In this document: in pieces, positions 49,996 through 62,301 of the stretch
Numbering within the stretch: the first letter of the stretch is position 1
How the letters are laid out: the number at the start of each line of letters is the position of its first letter
From: Octopus bimaculoides
Lineage: Eukaryota
Assembly (NCBI RefSeq): GCF_001194135.2
Contig: NC_068984.1
Coordinates: 69,949,524 to 70,013,523 of the forward strand
Direction of reading: 5' to 3'
Length of the DNA: 64,000 bases
Notes under the pieces: generated by a model
Database searches by the model: none
Told to the model about the DNA's origin: nothing
Seen by the model: only the letters and a program-made list of their open reading frames with translations
Program-made: the position numbers and the translations under genes

Positions 49996-52228
49996 ATTAC
50001 TAATCAGCTCTCAAAGGTTACTATAATTTCTGTTTTTCTATATTTTTGTGTGTTGTGTTCTTGAGCAATGCACTTTATATCATATCACTTCAGTTTATCC
50101 ATCTATAGAAGTGAGTTGTGACATCACTGGTGCAAAGCTGTATTGGCCTTTGCCTTTCCCTTGGATAACATCGGTGGTATGGTGAGGGGAGGCTGGTATG
50201 CATGGGTGACTGTTGGTCTTCCATAAACAACCTTGTCCAGACTTGTACATTGGAGGGGAACATTTTAGGTGCAATCCCATGGTCATTCATGACTAAAGGG
50301 GCTCTCTACCCTTTTTATATTTTTGTATTCCTATCATACTTAGCTTCTCAAGTCTCCTCTAGCTTAGCTAATTACTTCCCTTTTATGTAGTATGCATCTA
50401 TAGCTATAGCACATCCCAATTTTTATTTTAAGTTCTTATTATCCTTGGTGTGTTGCAGGTGGCTATATTTTCACTACATTTTCACTATGTTTCTATAGTG
50501 TCCTAACTGGATTGATTGTTATTGGTAATTCAGCACTACCATGTTATCTAAATACTTACATAACATGAAGCTGTATTGGTTCAAGAATAAAATATATGTA
50601 GTATTGTTTATAAAACTAATGTTGTGTGTTATCTGTGAAGTTGCAAGTTTTCAAAAGGCATGTGAACAAGCCAGTTTTGAGCACCAATCAAACAATTTCT
50701 GGTTACTTCATCAGCAGTAAATTATCCAAACAGTTTCTACTCACATACAATTCATCCCTTACAATTAATAACCAGGAAAACTTGTAAGGGCATGTTAAAG
50801 AAATTGGTAAATTAAAAAGAAATTTTAAAATAAATTAATGCTTAAATGAAACAAATTTCATACCAAGTTGAAATTTAATTCATAAATTCCCAAATTCATA
50901 ATTAGAAAACCACCTAGTAGCAAAATAAGGTTATGATAATTAGTAAACTGAACTCAAATTTAAAACGAATTTAATATTTACAAATTTAATATTAATAAAT
51001 TTAATTTCAAATTGAAATGTGAAACAAATTTAACACACAACTGTAACTTCATAGCTAGAAAATTTGATACCCACAGAACTGTTAGGAAATAGCATACTAA
51101 ACATAAATTTGAAATAAATTTAATATCAACTGTAGTTAAGTAGTTAATAAGTTAAGCTAATTAGCTAATAAGTTAATGAAGACATACTTTTTAGGAGATA
51201 ATCACCAATATCAACATCATTAAGATTAAAATACACGTAGCAAAGTGAACTGGAGATCATTTCCAAGTAAAGCGGAGAACACTTTACTCAATTCCAATAT
51301 ATTATATTATTACTAAATTAGTCTTTGTAAAAGAACTGGCCATTATACACTAATTGGTTTTCTTTTTTTCTACTAAATAAGACTTAATGGGGTTGTAAAC
51401 ATTTATATTATCAGCAGAGCAAACATTGGCAAACACTGTGTTAAAGAAAAAGAAATGTTAAGAGACCTGAATAATTCAAGTTTATAAGTCTCAAAGTTGT
51501 CTCTGATGGTCAAATAGTGATACTGCATAAAAGTTATCTTGTTTATAATTCATATTAACAATTAATTTACATTTGGTACTAATATTGCATAACTAAGGTG
51601 GGATGAATTTACTATGATTATGAACTGTTTGGGAATGAAATGCTTGTTATCCATTTGAAGCTCTGGAGCTGGTTTAAATTCCTGGAGCTTAGGAAAAAAA
51701 AAACAAGATTTTTTTTGTTTTATGAATCTAAAGCCTTGTAAGTGCATTTGTGAATCTGGTGGATGAAATCTAAAATAATCCCATCACACACACAGACACA
51801 TATACACACATATATCTGAATATATGTGTATGTATACATACATTTCTATGTAGAATAACGAGGAAATAAATGGGTTAATTATTCCCTTATATGGTACAAC
51901 TAATTAGTACTCTAATAGAGCCTCAGGAATATAAAAACAAAGAAAAAGAGAAAAAATTTCAAAGGTCAGTGTTCATATTCACTCAATATATTTCAAAGCA
52001 CCAGAATACTCCACAGCATACATAGGTGCATTCATAAACACAAGATATAAAATAAAAATTTATAAATATATTTAATATGTGAATACATAAATACAATTTC
52101 AAGGTTGTATGTCCATATCAAAATCAACGAGGATATTAAAATATGCAGATGGTGAATGTATAGTAGTAATCCAAATAGATGAGAATGTTGGTATAAATGA
52201 TTTTAAAAGGAATCTTGAGTAGGTGCAA

Positions 52229-52317
52229 AGTCTGAAAGCCGTTTCAAGAAGATATAGGTTGGTATAGGTGAGTTAATTCCAACCATAACAATCATATCTA
52301 TTTCTCTCATCAGAGTT
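52229..52317 (-). ncRNA. Degenerate hammerhead-like motif with extended stem II
   Basis: AACT-CTGATGA (52313-52307)-GAGA..AGATAT..GGTTGG..CCAACC..ATATCT-TCTT-GAAA-C-GGCT-TTC-AGAC. Confidence 0.45.
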
Positions 52318-52832
52318 AATGTAAAGGATTTATAAAAGAGTTCCTTAAGTCTTAAAGTTTTAAGCAGCATGAAAAATTTAAGAATTTAAAAAAATCGAAT
52401 GCTGTGTCGGAACAAACTGTTTGGGTGGATGATATAATAAGAGCTAAAATTACATTTAAATAGATTATGAAGGTATGGATAATAGTGATTTAAGATGAAT
52501 CCAAATACTCAAAGGGTAACTAGGTTAAAGTCATATAAACTAATCATTTCTATGTATGTATGCATGTATATATGTATATGTATATGTTATTGTTCAGTTT
52601 TATTTCCAGATTTCTTGTCAATAAGGAAAGAGTTGGTTTCTAACCTAGATCCAAGGCTCCTTCATTGGAATTTCAACATTTCAACATTAACAACAGTGTA
52701 CTTTTGTTCAAATTTGTATGTTTTGCTTTATGTATGTCTTCCCATGCATATACATGCATATCTAGACATACTCATATATACTTATGTATGTATGTATGTA
52801 CGTATGTATGTATGTATGTGTGTATGTATGTG

Positions 52833-53265
52833 CAGGGGTTGGACAAAATAATGGAAACACCTTAAAATTTCAAACAAATTAATTTTAACATGGGGTAGGA
52901 TAACCTTTGGCAGTAATTACAGCTTGAATTCTATGAGGTATGGACACGTATAAAGTTTGAATTGTTTCCAAAGGAATTTTTGTCAATTCTTCAGCTAAAA
53001 CAGTCTCCAGTTCTTGTAGTGATGATGGTGGAAGATATCGACTCCTTACTTGTTTTCCTAAAATGCACCATAAATGTTCAATAATATTGAGATATGGCGA
53101 CTGTGGTGGCCAGATAAGATGTTCAACTTCACTGGAATGCTCCTTGTGTCATTCAGTAACAACTTTAGTTGTGTGAATTGGTGCATTAACATCCTGAAGA
53201 TTACGTTTCCCTCCAGAAACAGTTCTGCAACCATAGGATGAATTTGAGTAGATAAAATGCTTATT
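52833..53265 (-). mobile_element. Tc1 (DD34E-type) transposon 3' half with one TIR
   Basis: TIR caggggttggacaaaataatggaaacacc; QDVNAPIHT, WPPQSPYLNIIEHLW, AVITAKG. Confidence 0.85.
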
Positions 53266-53306
53266 ATTATTATTATAATAATTATTATTATTATTATTGT
53301 TACTAT

Positions 53307-53697
53307 TAAGGTGGTGTGTTGGCAGAATTGTTAGCAAGCTGGGCAAAACAATTAGTGACATTTCATCCACCTTTACAGTGTGAATTAAAATTTTGCTGAG
53401 GTTGACTTTGCCTATATTCATTTCAGGATTAATAAAATACGTACTAGTTGATCATTGGCACTGACGTAATTGACTAGGCCCCCGAGGCAGTGAGCTGGCA
53501 GAATCGTTATCATGCTGGATGAAATGCTTAGTGGTATTTCGCCCATTGCTATGTTTTGAATTCAAATTCCACTGAGATTGACTTTACCTTTCATCCTTTT
53601 GTGGTTGATAAATTAAATACCAGTTAAACACTGGGGTTGAGGTAATTGACTCATCTTCGCCTCCAAAATTGCTGCCTTTGTGGCAAAATCTGAAACC
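53307..53697 (+). mobile_element. Two SINE family C copies in tandem
   Basis: aggtggtgtgttggcagaattgttagc... and gaggcagtgagctggcagaatcgttatc..., followed by (TTA)n. Confidence 0.8.
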
Positions 53698-53721
53698 CTT
53701 ATTATTATTATTATAATTATA

Positions 53722-53759
<38 letters not shown>

Positions 53760-53773
53760 CATTATTATTGCTA

Positions 53774-53810
<37 letters not shown>

Positions 53811-53839
53811 TGAATGAGAGAGCAACAGATGTCATCAAA

Positions 53840-54261
53840 ATGACACTGGGGTACAAATATATGAAGCCCAGTATACCCATCATGACTACCCATCTGATAA
53901 GGGTACACCAGGCACATGCATCACAACCATATGTGTGCAACGNNNNNNNNNNNNNNNNNNNNNNNNNNNNNNNNNNNNNNNNNNNNNNNNNNNNNNNNNN
54001 NNNNNNNNNNNNNNNNNNNNNNNNNNNNNNNNNNNNNNNNNNNNNNNNNNNNNNNNNNNNNNNNNNNNNNNNNNNNNNNNNNNNNNNNNNNNNNNNNNNN
54101 NNNNNNNNNNNNNNNNNNNNNNNNNNNNNNNNNNNNNNNNNNNNNNNNNNNNNNNNNNATGACACTGGGGTACAAATATATGAAGCCCAGTATACCCATC
54201 ATGACTACCCATCTGATAAGGGTACACCAGGCACATGCATCACAACCATATGTGTGCAACG
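53840..54261. other. 103-bp duplication across a 216-N gap (probable assembly artefact) inside an unclassified repeat
   Basis: 53840-53942 reads the same as 54159-54261. Confidence 0.8.
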
Positions 54262-54999
54262 CGGTGATTCCATATCAAGATAAACTGTGCAGGACCTTGC
54301 AGGTGGGACCCAGTTAGAATTTTATTCCGATCTAGTAGCCCATACCATTCAGCAAGTCCCTGAACGAGGGATGTTTAAGGATGATGAATGACACACCCAT
54401 ATTTTCAGAGGTGAATATTTCAAACTTCAAAGAATCCCTCTCAACACATGGCTATGATGCTTCCCCAGCACTTCTGGTTGTGATCAGAGATGCACATATC
54501 ATTAGCTACTAAGGGAAATGCTTAAGTGGGTGAGGCCAAGCAACTAACAAATCTATGGTACTGAGCAGAGTATTTGCTGTAGCCCATCTTTTACACCAAG
54601 GCAAAACATATACGTGATAACACTTCCATTCAGTTATGATCAAAAGCCATGAGAGCCATTGCCTGGTACTGCACCAGGACATCTTCATCACCATCATCCT
54701 CATCATTATCATCATCATCAGCAGCATCATCAGCAGCAGCAGCAGTAGCAGTGGCAGCAGCAACATTAGTAGTAATAGTAGTAATAGTAGTGGTGGTGGT
54801 GGTGGCTTTGGTAGTAGTAGTAGTAAGAATAGTAGTAGTCCTGAATCTATATTTTGGAATAATTTCAAAGAGATGCTTTATTTTACATTTTACATTAAAA
54901 CTTAAAGCTGAGCATAACTACTACTTCTCAGTTCACTCTCTATTCATTCTATTTATTTCAGAAGTAATTTTGTTGTGCAGATGTTCTGAACTAACATTC

Positions 55000-55041
<42 letters not shown>

Positions 55042-55323
55042 NNNNNNNNNNNNNNNNNNNNNNNNNNNNNNNNNNNNNNNNNNNNNNNNNNNNNNNNNNN
55101 NNNNNNNNNNNNNNNNNNNNNNNNNNNNNNNNNNNNNNNNNNNNNNNNNNNNNNNNNNNNNNNNNNNNNNNNNNNNNNNNNNNNNNNNNNNNNNNNNNNN
55201 NNNNNNNNNNNNNNNNNNNNNNNNNNNNNNNNNNNNNNNNNNNNNNNNNNNNNNNNNNNNNNNNNNNNNNNNNNNNNNNNNNNNNNNNNNNNNNNNNNNN
55301 NNNNNNNNNNNNNNNNNNNNNNN

Positions 55324-55354
<31 letters not shown>

Positions 55355-56094
55355 CAACATTGGATCTCAAAGCACATTGCATAAAACAATTAATAATCAT
55401 ATGTAAATATTGTGTTGACAAACCATATGTATATATTTATATATAAACTATAAAATTCATGAGATACAAGAGGTGAATATAAATTTATTTAACCACATGA
55501 CATCCTTAGGATCACAAGCATTTTGTAATCTTCTTCATGTTGTATTAATTGCAGTGTGGAAGAAATTATGTTCACATGCTTGCATAAATATGCATGTTTA
55601 ACATTATACAGTACTATAGTAAATTCACAAATCAGTGCAAATAAAGAAAATTCTATTTCTATTGATCAGTGAATATACAATTGTATTCTATGATGCCAAG
55701 CAATCATATTAATACAAACATGTAAGCACAATTTCTTCCATACTGAAATGAATGCAACATGATGAAAGTTGTGAAATGGCTGTAATCCTCAGAATGTCAA
55801 GTGGTTAAATAAAGAGATATTCACCTCCCATACCTCCTGACATTTATAGTTTATATTCTCCTCATGAAATAATTTTTTCAATTGAATCTTCTTGATTTCA
55901 GCTGCATGGATATTCTACATTACATAGCCAGGTGTTAAATTTCTTTGTGGACTGTTAGCCATGCCCAAACAAGCAGCTTTCTCTGATAGCTACATGATTC
56001 TCTGAATCCATATCTTATACTACTCATACACACACACACACATGCATATATATGTGTGTGTGTGTGTGCATATATGTGTGTGTGTGTGTGTGTG

Positions 56095-56245
56095 CAGACA
56101 TGGCTGCGTGGTAAGAAGCTTGCTTCCCAACCACATGGATCTGGGTGACACTTGGGCAAGTGTCTTCTACTATAGCCTCAGGCCAACCAAATCCCTGTCA
56201 GGGTATTTGGAAGACATAAACTCAAAGAAGCCCGTCATATGGGTG

Positions 56246-56311
<66 letters not shown>

Positions 56312-56622
56312 AAAGATTGTCATACCGGCCATGACGAAGGGAAATAGCCCTGAAACTCGAGTCGCCTTTATATATATATATTTATATTTATATTTATATA
56401 TTTATATATTTGATCCTTTATATTGAACACTCAATATTTCATCTACATTCAATACTTTATTTCATGGTGCCATCCATTTTTATTTTATTTTATATTATAT
56501 ATTGTATATTATATTATATATTGTATATTCCATATTCTATACCCCACATTAGTTCTGCAGGAATATAAATAAAACATAAAAAACAGACAGTGTTGGAACT
56601 CTTTTAAGCAAAATTATATATA

Positions 56623-56657
<35 letters not shown>

Positions 56658-56897
56658 TTCTATGTGTAATGTGTTTTTGTGCATGTGTTTGACCCCTCAT
56701 TACTGGTTGACAACCGGTGTTGATGTGATTACATCCCTGTTACTTAATAGTTCCACAAAAAAGCCTGGTAGAATAAGTACTAGGCTTTAACAAATAAGTC
56801 ATAATGTGGGATGTTGGTTTGTTTAACTAAAAACCCTTCAAGGTAGTGCTTCAGCATGGCTGAAGTCAAATGACTGCAACAAATAAAAGAATAAAAG
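56095..56897 (+). mobile_element. SINE family B with a ~300-bp insert in its (TA)n spacer
   Basis: Head 56095-56245, insert ~56310-56610, tail ~56670-56897. Confidence 0.8.
56327..56366 (+). ncRNA. Compact type I hammerhead with a one-nucleotide core insertion
   Basis: GGC-C(A)TGACGA-AGGG-AAATAG-CCCT-GAAA-C-TCGA-G-TC-GCC. Confidence 0.6.
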
Positions 56898-56909
56898 GAT
56901 ATGTATATC

Positions 56910-56944
<35 letters not shown>

Positions 56945-56961
56945 ATTTATATATATATATA

Positions 56962-57010
<49 letters not shown>

Positions 57011-57020
57011 NNNNNNNNNN

Positions 57021-57063
<43 letters not shown>

Positions 57064-57143
57064 ATAAAAATATATAAAAATATATATAAAGGACGCCACT
57101 AGGTGGACTGCTAATATGCTAGAAGAAGATCACATGTCATGTG

Positions 57144-57296
57144 TCTACTAAGACTGAATAATTCTCAAAGGGAATTTATTTTCGAAACATGTTTACAGAT
57201 AATTGCATTTGTTTGTGTAATTTTCACTGGTCTTGCCCGTTTTACGTTTTTGTTACTTCGCTAAATTCCCTTTGAGAATTATTCGGTCTTAGTAGA
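57144..57296. repeat. 35-bp inverted repeat pair (one mismatch), 83-bp spacer; MITE-like
   Basis: tctactaagactgaataattctcaaagggaattta versus taaattccctttgagaattattcggtcttagtaga. Confidence 0.75.
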
Positions 57297-57858
57297 ACAT
57301 TAGGCCTCATGGAAACAAAGTGGCTGAGCTCCTTTCAAGCATTAGGCCTCATGGAGACAAAGTGGCTAAATTCCTCTTGAGCATTTGGCCTGAAAGAAGC
57401 AAAGTGGCTGAGCTCATTTCGAGCATTAGGTCACAATGAGACAAAGTGGCTGGGTTCCTTTTGAGTGTTGGGCCTCATAGAGGCAAGGTGGCTGTTCCTT
57501 TCGAGTGTTGGGCCTCATGGAGGCAATGACCAAGACATTTGGCATTATGCTGTACTTGAGAAGAAGACCCATCAAGCTGAGCAAAATTGCAGTAGTGACA
57601 GATACCAGTGTCACACAAATTAGCACCCATGCCAGTAGCATGTAAATGCACCTCAGTGTCACGTAAAAACATGTAAAAGCACCCATTACACTCTCAGAGT
57701 AGTTGGCATTAGGAAGGGGATCCAGCCATAGAAAACTATGCCAAATCAGACTGGAGTGTGGTGCAGCCTTCCAGTGTTCCAGCTGAGTCAAAACCATCCA
57801 ACTCATGCCAGCATGGACAACGGACGTTAAATGAGGATGATGACGGTGATGATGATGA
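57295..57858 (+). mobile_element. SINE family A variant preceded by about six 42-bp tandem units
   Basis: Unit gagcattaggcctcatggagacaaagtggctgagctcctttc at 42-bp period, then the family A 3' end and (GAT)n tail. Confidence 0.8.
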
Positions 57859-58444
57859 TACATATATGAAATTAGAGAACTTACCTGAATGTTTTATTTA
57901 CCTTAGAATCTCGTAAAAACAACGCTGGAAGCTGATTGATGGTGATTATGCATACATAATACTTTCATTGAAATAGATAGTCAATACAAAGTAGAAAAGA
58001 AACCCTGCAGATAATGTCTCAACTGGATAATGCAATGAAAAATGAGGCAAGTGATCACTGTCAATTGGCAAACTAGGATTCAATAAATTGATTTGCTTAA
58101 GAGAAAAGAAAAAGTGTATTGGATTCCTTCAGTCGGATTATATATAATTGAAACATTCGATATTGGCATTAAAGACAGTTATGATAGTGATCAGGAAATC
58201 ATTGTTAGTAATTATTTATATCGTATCCAAATTCATATATTTATTCCAAAGTGGTGAGATGGTGCAGTCATTTGAGCATTGGATAGAATATCTTGCTGCA
58301 TTCATTATTGACTCTTAAAATGTGCTGACCTTCTGCCTTAATCAGAAGAAATTGCAATTCTTCTTCTTCTTCTTCTTCTTCTTCTTCTTCTTCTTCGTCT
58401 TCTTCTCCTCCTCCTCCTCCTACCCCCCACCACCACCACCACGG

Positions 58445-58650
58445 CAATCCCACCAAACTGATATCATAACCTTCTTTTGCACAAGCGATCCTTTTGGCGA
58501 AGGTTTTGGCTGTTGACCTTTGCTACACCATGATCGTCTGCACCTCATGTTGAAGTACAGTACCCACTTTTCATCCATAGTGATTACTGACTCCAACCAA
58601 TCGAATCTTCAGCTTTGCCAGAGCAAACTTTGACATGCAGTGACACATGC
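58445..58650 (-). pseudogene. mariner transposase fragment
   Basis: WLESVITMDEKWVLYFNMRCRRSW...QKKVMISVWWDC. Confidence 0.85.
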
Positions 58651-58914
58651 TTTTTTGTGTGTGTGTGTATAGATTGATTTATTTAATTTGTGCATTAATC
58701 ATGAAACTAGTTTTGTATTGACCACAATAACTAATAAAATAGACTTCATCTATCTCGCTCACCTTACATCATTTTCATACCAAGGAGAAAAGTTTGTTTG
58801 TTTTTATTTTTATTTTAAAAACAACAGCCATTCAACATGGAGTTCAGCTTTAACTGCTCTTTCTCCCTCTCTTAGTCTATATATATACATAGATATAATA
58901 TATCTATACATACA

Positions 58915-58979
58915 TACAAACATATATATATATATATATGTGTGTGTGTAAATATACATATATATACATATATATATAT

Positions 58980-59056
<77 letters not shown>

Positions 59057-59165
59057 TACATATATGTATGCATACATATATATACACATGTGTGTGTATG
59101 TATCTATCTATCTATATGCATGTGTATGTATACGTACACACACATATATGTATATGCACACACAC
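58915..59165. repeat. (TA)n-rich compound microsatellite
   Basis: Direct reading. Confidence 0.95.
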
Positions 59166-59782
59166 AAAACGTAGAAATAACCGGTAGTATATTAACAGTG
59201 ACAATATTAAACTAATATGTCCTACCAATCTTACTTTCTATTCTCATGTATGGAGATATCATCTTATCAGTAATAGAAAAGACTATTATAACTAGCACTT
59301 CATTTATCTATGGTACCAAAGCGAAATATTAAAGTCTATGTTATCATTAGTTTATATTCTTTTCACAGATCACCTAGATTAAAGACCTCAGTGTACTTTA
59401 AAATCTTTGCAGATATGTTGGTATAAAAGAAAAAAAAGCCCTATAAGATCTTCAGTTTTAATGCAGGTTTCTGGCAAAGAAAGTCCATGAGAATTTAGAC
59501 TGATTTTACTTTTGTATATTGCACTTAAATGCTTACAAGATATTGTGTGTAGTTCTTTAGGAAGTGTCTGCAGCTATTTCTGTGATAGCATCAGTTAAAC
59601 TAATGGCGAGTTCTAGATAAAAGAAGTTATTTTGAGAAATGTTATCAGAAAGCAGATTCTGTTGAAAAGCCATGATAGTGGAGAGAAATTGTGCAGATAT
59701 GACAGGCAAGAAAATGAACAGATTTCTATTGTTTATTGTTTAACCCAGGGTAGCTATAACCAAGTAGAACTATAACCAAATA

Positions 59783-59999
59783 TGAGGGGATGCTGAAATG
59801 TTCCTATCTTTAAGGGTATTGTGAAAGGCCCAGTTCAAGGCCCAACCTTCCAAGTTCCTTTATAGGGCTTAGAAAAGCTGAAGGACTGTTGCAATGAGCA
59901 TGTGAATTTGAGAGAGGAATACATTTAATAAAATCATAATTAACTGATCCTCTTGTATTTTCTTTTACCCAAAGCTAGGAACTTTTCAGCACCCCTTCA
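59783..59999 (+). mobile_element. 217-bp non-autonomous mariner derivative (MITE) with TA TSD
   Basis: TIRs tgaggggatgctgaaatgttcct / aggaacttttcagcaccccttca flanked by TA; retains the transposase C-terminus GLEKLKDCCNEHVNLREEYI. Confidence 0.85.
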
Positions 60000-62301
60000 T
60001 ATGTTTTGGTTATGACCCTACTCTCTTTTCTTACACAGTGTTTATAAGTGCTGCCACATTTTCCAATGTGTCCATTTATAAAAAAAAAGTATTTTATAAT
60101 TTGATGGAGATTTGTTTCTAGAGTTCAAACAACTGCAGAAACATCTTCCTCATATGCTTGGGTAGACTCTTTACTCATTTCATTGGTTAGTACAATCTCT
60201 TTTACAAGTTCTAGTTGAAGACTATCTTGTAATCAGTATTAAACCTGAATGTTTTTAAAAGATAATGGGTTATTCAAAGTTCATATCAATTTGATATATT
60301 CAGAAAATGTTGAATTAATAATGAACTGTTTAATTTAGTTTCTAAACTATATTAGTTTTAATCGGGGAGAAATATTTTTCTATGCTTCTTTTCAGTATTT
60401 AACACAACTAAGGAGTGATATTTGAGCAGATAAGATACAGGGCTGTGTTCATAGATTTGTGAACTCAGACCTTCCAGGTATTTTACTGTTTCTAGAGAAA
60501 AGATTTTATTCAGCAACATTAAATCACTTTTAGGCCAGATACATGTACAAGCATAGCTGCATGTTTAAGAAGTTTGATTTGTCACTACATGATTTTGCTT
60601 TTGGTCAGACCAGAGAGCACTTTGGGCATGTGCTTATGGCCGACAAAAGTCTTACGAGAGAAATTTGGTAGATGATTGGAACAGTATAGAAGTTTGTCAG
60701 CAGAAACACTCCTATTGTTTTCAGTTATTCTTTGTTTTGTTTTGGTGGTAGATTTAATCCTTCATCCAGGATGTCTTTAGTAGAGTTCATTTTGTTGCAA
60801 GCATCAAACCAATATCTGATGTAAGGATATCTCCCTTCTTCTAATCTAAAGAATTTGAAGTTCAGTTCAGGGGTCATCATAAGAACAGCTTTGATTGGCC
60901 ATTAAGAAAACAGAAAGCTCTTGTAAGAATATTTCTTGAGACTGACTGTGTCCTTACAAGAGAGACATATATCTCCTATTTGTTTCAGTGTCTCCTACTA
61001 TAAAACCATACTTAAGTCCCATGGTAGGAAAAATTTTAAGGTGACAAACAATTTTGAAAAACATACCATTGATACAAATTATAAAAAAATTCTAAAAGAA
61101 CTCAAGAAGAATGGTTGTGTAATGACTTCCATTCCAAATTGTCAGTTTAAGCTTATTAATCTCTCATTAGTCCAAATCCTACATGGATTCAATGAAGATA
61201 TAGCTATTCATTCCACCTAAACACAGTCACTTGATAAATTTTCTGCTGGTTCCATCTTCATATTTGTTTAGTGAAATATTTATATAATTCTGTTCATGTG
61301 CAATTGAGTTTACAAATAAGAGTGAAAAATACTCAATACAGAAGAAGTGTGATATTGCATAGCATAGTCTTGAGATTACTCAGTTATTACTCAGAGATTT
61401 GAAAGAGTCCTTGTGTCACTGCATAAGAACTACATGGAGTGATATTCTCAAAATTCTGAGTAATTACCAGAAGTAATCTTAATACTAAAATGAATGAAAC
61501 ATTAAAAAATTAGAAGACATAGATATATAGCTCTCCACTCTCTGTATCTCTCACCCATTCTCTCTCCCCCAAATATTTATATATATGTATGCATATGTGT
61601 GTGTGTATCTATCTAGTTCTCTCTCTCCCCCCNNNNNNNNNNNNNNNNNNNNNNNNNNNNNNNNNNNNNNNNNNNNNNNNNNNNNNNNNNNNNNNNNNNN
61701 NNNNNNNNNNNNNNNNNNNNNNNNNNNNNNNNNNNNNNNNNNNNNNNNNNNNNNNNNNNNNNNNNNNNNNNNNNNNNNNNNNNNNNNNNNNNNNNNNNNN
61801 NNNNNNNNNNNNNNNNNNNNNNNNNNNNNNNNNNNNCTCTCCCCCTCTCTCTCTATATCTATCTATCTATCTATCTACATACATATTTATATACATACAT
61901 GTGCATATATATATATATCATTGCTATAATGTTGTATGTCCAAATTTGGACAAATGTGTTTCTTTCAATATTCAGTTTTGCTTACAATAGTCAGTTCTTT
62001 TGGTCAAACTATCGTATCTCCAGATGCCAAGATATAAAAATTGTCAAAGCGTAGTACAATAGTTGAACATTTTTCAGAAGTGTAAGACTTTCCACATACG
62101 ACAGTTTTGCAAAAATATATCTGACTGAAAATATCATGCATGCAGGGAGTTATGATTCTATGCGCCTAACAAATTATTATTGTTAAGCTGAAACTGTTAC
62201 TAATGTAAAACGAAATGGAATGGTGAAACTATTTTTTAATTTTCTGTAAAAGCAACGTTTTGGACTTAACACTTTTGCATAATAGCAACGGTATATATAT
62301 A

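Noticed and set aside
50655-50720. Minus-strand CTGATGA with an AGTAACCA/TGGTGCT stem
   Set aside because: G12 is replaced by C and stem I does not pair; too degraded to call, though it may be another relic.
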